64,000 bases of DNA from a virus. The stretch is taken from positions 1,501 through 65,500 of IMG/VR virus record IMGVR_UViG_3300001485_000179. One strand, given 5' to 3'. The notes beneath the pieces are model-generated. The model was not told the origin of the DNA. It did not search any database and saw only the letters and a program-made list of their open reading frames with translations. Each line of letters opens with the position of its first letter. Within the stretch, counting starts at the first letter, position 1. Position numbers and translations under genes: made by a program. Positions 61,352 to 64,000 of the stretch are shown here, piece by piece.

Positions 61352-62083
61352 ATGAATAAATTTGAAAATTTCATAAGTAGAAACTCGCCTACTATTTTAT
61401 CGATAATAGGTGCTACAGGGGTTATTATAACTTCTGGTTTAACAATAAAAGCGACAATAAAAGCTAATAATTTATACAATTCTCGAGAAGATAAGGAAAC
61501 ATTAACTAAAAAAGATATTGTTAAAACATATTGGAAAGAATATATACCATCTATATTAAGTGGAAGTATAACAATAGGATGCATATTTGGTTCTAATTAT
61601 ATTAACCAAAAGACTAAAGCTACATTAGTTTCAGCATATTGTTTGTTACAAAACTCATATATAGAATATAAAAACGCTGCAAACGAATTATATGATGGAG
61701 CTGATAATAAAATACGAAATAAAATTTGCGAAAATAAATATAATGAAAATGCAATAATTTATGATGAAAATACCACCTTATTTTATGATACTTTATCAGG
61801 AACATTCATAGAATCTACAATGGACGAGATGTTAAAGCATGAATCTGAATTTTTAGAATTATTATATACCAGAGGTAAAGTGACTGTTAACCAATGGGAG
61901 CGTATTATAGGTAATGAACAAAGTATAATAGGCAATGAGTTGGTATGGTATAGTAATGATTATCACGATGTCCAAGCTTATCCGGAAGTTCAAATAGAAA
62001 TTACTCCAGATAAATTATCAAATGGAATAAAAGTTAATATGATTACATTCACAATTGATCCAGAACTTGACTCTATGGTTTAG
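61352..62083 (+). CDS. DUF6353-like phage membrane protein
   Basis: NSPTILSIIGATGV, WKEYIP, TLFYD.LSG. Confidence 0.75.
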   Translation: MNKFENFISRNSPTILSIIGATGVIITSGLTIKATIKANNLYNSREDKETLTKKDIVKTYWKEYIPSILSGSITIGCIFGSNYINQKTKATLVSAYCLLQNSYIEYKNAANELYDGADNKIRNKICENKYNENAIIYDENTTLFYDTLSGTFIESTMDEMLKHESEFLELLYTRGKVTVNQWERIIGNEQSIIGNELVWYSNDYHDVQAYPEVQIEITPDKLSNGIKVNMITFTIDPELDSMV

Positions 62084-62127
62084 TTTTCGCGATAAAATCA
62101 TATCTTATAATGAAAGGAGAGATATAA

Positions 62128-62277
62128 ATGAAAGATAAAAAGTTGTTAATTGTAAAAATTGGAGGAATAATAGCATCAATAATTGGTATGATTATTAGTG
62201 CGTTTGTTTCAACAAAAGAAAATGAACGAAATATCAAGAAATTTGTAGATGAAAAAATGAATGAAAGCGGAAAATAA
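62128..62277 (+). CDS. 49-aa membrane peptide (cassette); absent from ORF track
   Basis: MKDKKLLIVKIGGIIASIIGMIISAFV... Confidence 0.7.
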   Translation: MKDKKLLIVKIGGIIASIIGMIISAFVSTKENERNIKKFVDEKMNESGK

Positions 62278-62308
62278 TCTGCTTTTATCTTTTTAGTTAG
62301 GAGGAAAT

Positions 62309-63073
62309 ATGAACAAATTAGAAAATGTTGCTAATAATGTTAAAAAGACTTTCATTAAACATAGTCCTGAAATTTTAACTGGAATTGGTATTGCCGGTAC
62401 TGTGGGGGCGACAGTTTTAGCGGTAACTACAACATCAAAGGTTACAATGAAAATTCAAGATATTGAAAAAGAAAGAAATTCTAAATTATCAAATAAAGAA
62501 TTAATAAAGATTTGTTGGAAAGACTATGCTCCTGTAGTTGCTTTAGAAGTATTTTCTATAGGATGTATAATTGGTGGTAACAGCATAAATCTTAAAAGAA
62601 ATGCGGCACTAGGAACAGCATGTGCTATATCAGAGAGGGCTTTATCAAAATATAAAGATAAGGTTATTGAAACAATTGGTGAAAAAGAAGAAAAGAAAAT
62701 AAGAGATAAAATACATGAAGACGAAATAAAAGAAAATCCACCAAAGAATAATACTATAATAGTTACATCAAACGGTAATACATTATTTAGAGATGAAATA
62801 TCTGGTAGATATTTTAGATCTGATATGAATAGTATAAATAAAGTTATAAATGAACTTAATGAAAAAATAAATCATCAAGATTATGTATCATTAAACGAAT
62901 TATATTCTGGGTATGGATTAGAACCATTGAAAGATGGTGATATGATTGGATGGAATATAGTTAATGGTATAATAAAATTAGATGTATCAACTTGCTTAGT
63001 AGATGGTACAGAGCCATGTATAGTATTGGATTATGAGAAATTACCAACTCATGATTTTAATACATGGTCATAA
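62309..63073 (+). CDS. DUF6353-like phage membrane protein (paralog of 61352)
   Basis: KHSPEILTGIGIAG, WKDYAP, SGRYFRS, VSLNELY, IGW. Confidence 0.8.
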   Translation: MNKLENVANNVKKTFIKHSPEILTGIGIAGTVGATVLAVTTTSKVTMKIQDIEKERNSKLSNKELIKICWKDYAPVVALEVFSIGCIIGGNSINLKRNAALGTACAISERALSKYKDKVIETIGEKEEKKIRDKIHEDEIKENPPKNNTIIVTSNGNTLFRDEISGRYFRSDMNSINKVINELNEKINHQDYVSLNELYSGYGLEPLKDGDMIGWNIVNGIIKLDVSTCLVDGTEPCIVLDYEKLPTHDFNTWS

Positions 63074-63144
63074 TTCGCGTAAAAAACATATGATATAATG
63101 AGAGGAATCTCATAAATTTTAGTAAGATTAGGAGGAATGATTAT

Positions 63145-63354
63145 ATGGAAAATACTAAAATGAATGAAATTGTTGAAGGAACAACATCTAAGAAAGGTTT
63201 AGGAATAGCAATTGGACTAGGTGTAGCTGGATTAGCTGCAGTTGGAGCAATCGTTACTAAGAAACTATTGAATAGAAATGTTCAAGAAGCAGATCAGGAT
63301 TGGGAAGTACATGAAGTAGAAATTAAAGACGACAAAAAATCTAAAACTAAATAG
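63145..63354 (+). CDS. 69-aa membrane protein (cassette)
   Basis: GLGIAIGLGVAGLAAVGAIV TM. Confidence 0.75.
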   Translation: MENTKMNEIVEGTTSKKGLGIAIGLGVAGLAAVGAIVTKKLLNRNVQEADQDWEVHEVEIKDDKKSKTK

Positions 63355-63373
63355 TTATGGATGTCTCTAGAGT

Positions 63374-63400
63374 GGAGTATCTACGGATACTCTTCTTTTT
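63374..63400 (+). terminator. Intrinsic terminator
   Basis: GAGTATC-TACG-GATACTC plus T-run. Confidence 0.8.
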
Positions 63401-63428
63401 ATTTTTAAAGAATTAGGAGGAATAAATT

Positions 63429-64000
63429 ATGGATATTAATGATTACAAATCAAATTCACATGCATCTAAAGAAGAAAAGCATATTGAAAAGATTGTATCG
63501 GAACCTGTTAATATTAAGAAGAAAAATGGTTTACAAAAATTTGCTGGTAATTTTGTATCAGAAGATGCTAAAAACATAAAAGATTATGTATTATTTGATG
63601 TATTAATACCAGCATTTAAAAAAGCAGTATCAGATATTGTTACAAACGGTATTGATATTATATTATATGGAGAGTCTAGAGGACGTTCAAATAGAACACC
63701 TGCTGATAGAGTATCTTATAGAAGTTATTATAATGATGATAGTAGAAGAGCTAATCCTGCACCAAGACCTATACAAAGAGCTCCTATGTTTTCATACGAT
63801 GATATAGTATTTAACAATAGACAAGATGCGCAAAATGTATTGAATCAAATGTATGATGTAATAAATTCATATGGATTTGTTAGAGTTGCTGATTTGATGG
63901 ATATGGCTGGTATAACAGGAAATTATACAGATAATTATTATGGATGGAATAGTATAAATACTGCAGAAGTATTAAGAACTAGGGATGGTTGGATAATTAA
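63429..64000 (+). CDS. Conserved phage hypothetical protein (truncated by window end)
   Basis: AGGAGG RBS; MDINDYKSNSHASKEE..DVLIPAFKK..YGFVRVADL..YGW; open to window end. Confidence 0.8.
   Translation, partial: MDINDYKSNSHASKEEKHIEKIVSEPVNIKKKNGLQKFAGNFVSEDAKNIKDYVLFDVLIPAFKKAVSDIVTNGIDIILYGESRGRSNRTPADRVSYRSYYNDDSRRANPAPRPIQRAPMFSYDDIVFNNRQDAQNVLNQMYDVINSYGFVRVADLMDMAGITGNYTDNYYGWNSINTAEVLRTRDGWII

Larger units (their letters stand above)
59331..63101 (+). promoter_or_regulatory. Nine copies of the phage promoter motif (59331, 59650, 59884, 60135, 60527, 60945, 61113, 62086, 63074)
   Basis: Each reads TTCGC(G/T)-N7-CA-N5-TATAATGA with an exact 14-nt spacer, mostly followed by (A)GGAGAGAT RBS. 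Confidence 0.9.

Noticed and set aside
59331-63101. CRISPR array or integron attC array
   Set aside because: Repeats are degenerate promoter-like motifs with variable gene-sized spacing; not palindromic; no cas or integrase gene seen
1-64000. Integrase, att sites, tRNAs, alternative genetic code
   Set aside because: None recognisable; ORFs are intact under the standard code. Lifestyle cannot be settled because part of the genome lies outside the window

Overview
About 64 kb of a very AT-rich (roughly 30% GC by eye) tailed dsDNA phage genome with siphovirus gene content. All credible genes are on the + strand, and no integrase, tRNA or CRISPR array is visible. Gene content and order match the Lactococcus phage 1706 / Rhodococcus ReqiPepy6-like lineage. 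The host is probably a low-GC Firmicute. Order: fused helicase-primase-DNA polymerase, SSB, SF2 helicase, ~11 kb of small accessory genes (including a sigma factor), a repeat-rich ori candidate, VRR-NUC, PD-(D/E)XK nuclease, a 1049-aa DFDGD-type single-chain RNA polymerase, probable cos site (~23.78 kb), packaging/head/tail/lysis genes, a six-gene uncharacterised module, and an array of promoter-gene-terminator cassettes. The most striking observation is a non-coding element at 23829-24002. Its 32-bp stem encloses a loop with perfect 21-nt and 19-nt antisense copies of the ribosome-binding sites of distant phage genes, plus near-perfect matches to others, suggesting a multi-target translational-silencing RNA. 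Also notable are a 12-copy non-sigmaA promoter motif (TTCGCG-N7-CA-N5-TATAATGA), a promoter-driven structured small RNA with no ORF, and a shared hydrophobic-x-His tag on the RNA polymerase, basic head-region proteins and the capsid precursor. All calls come from reading motifs by eye; no searches were run.
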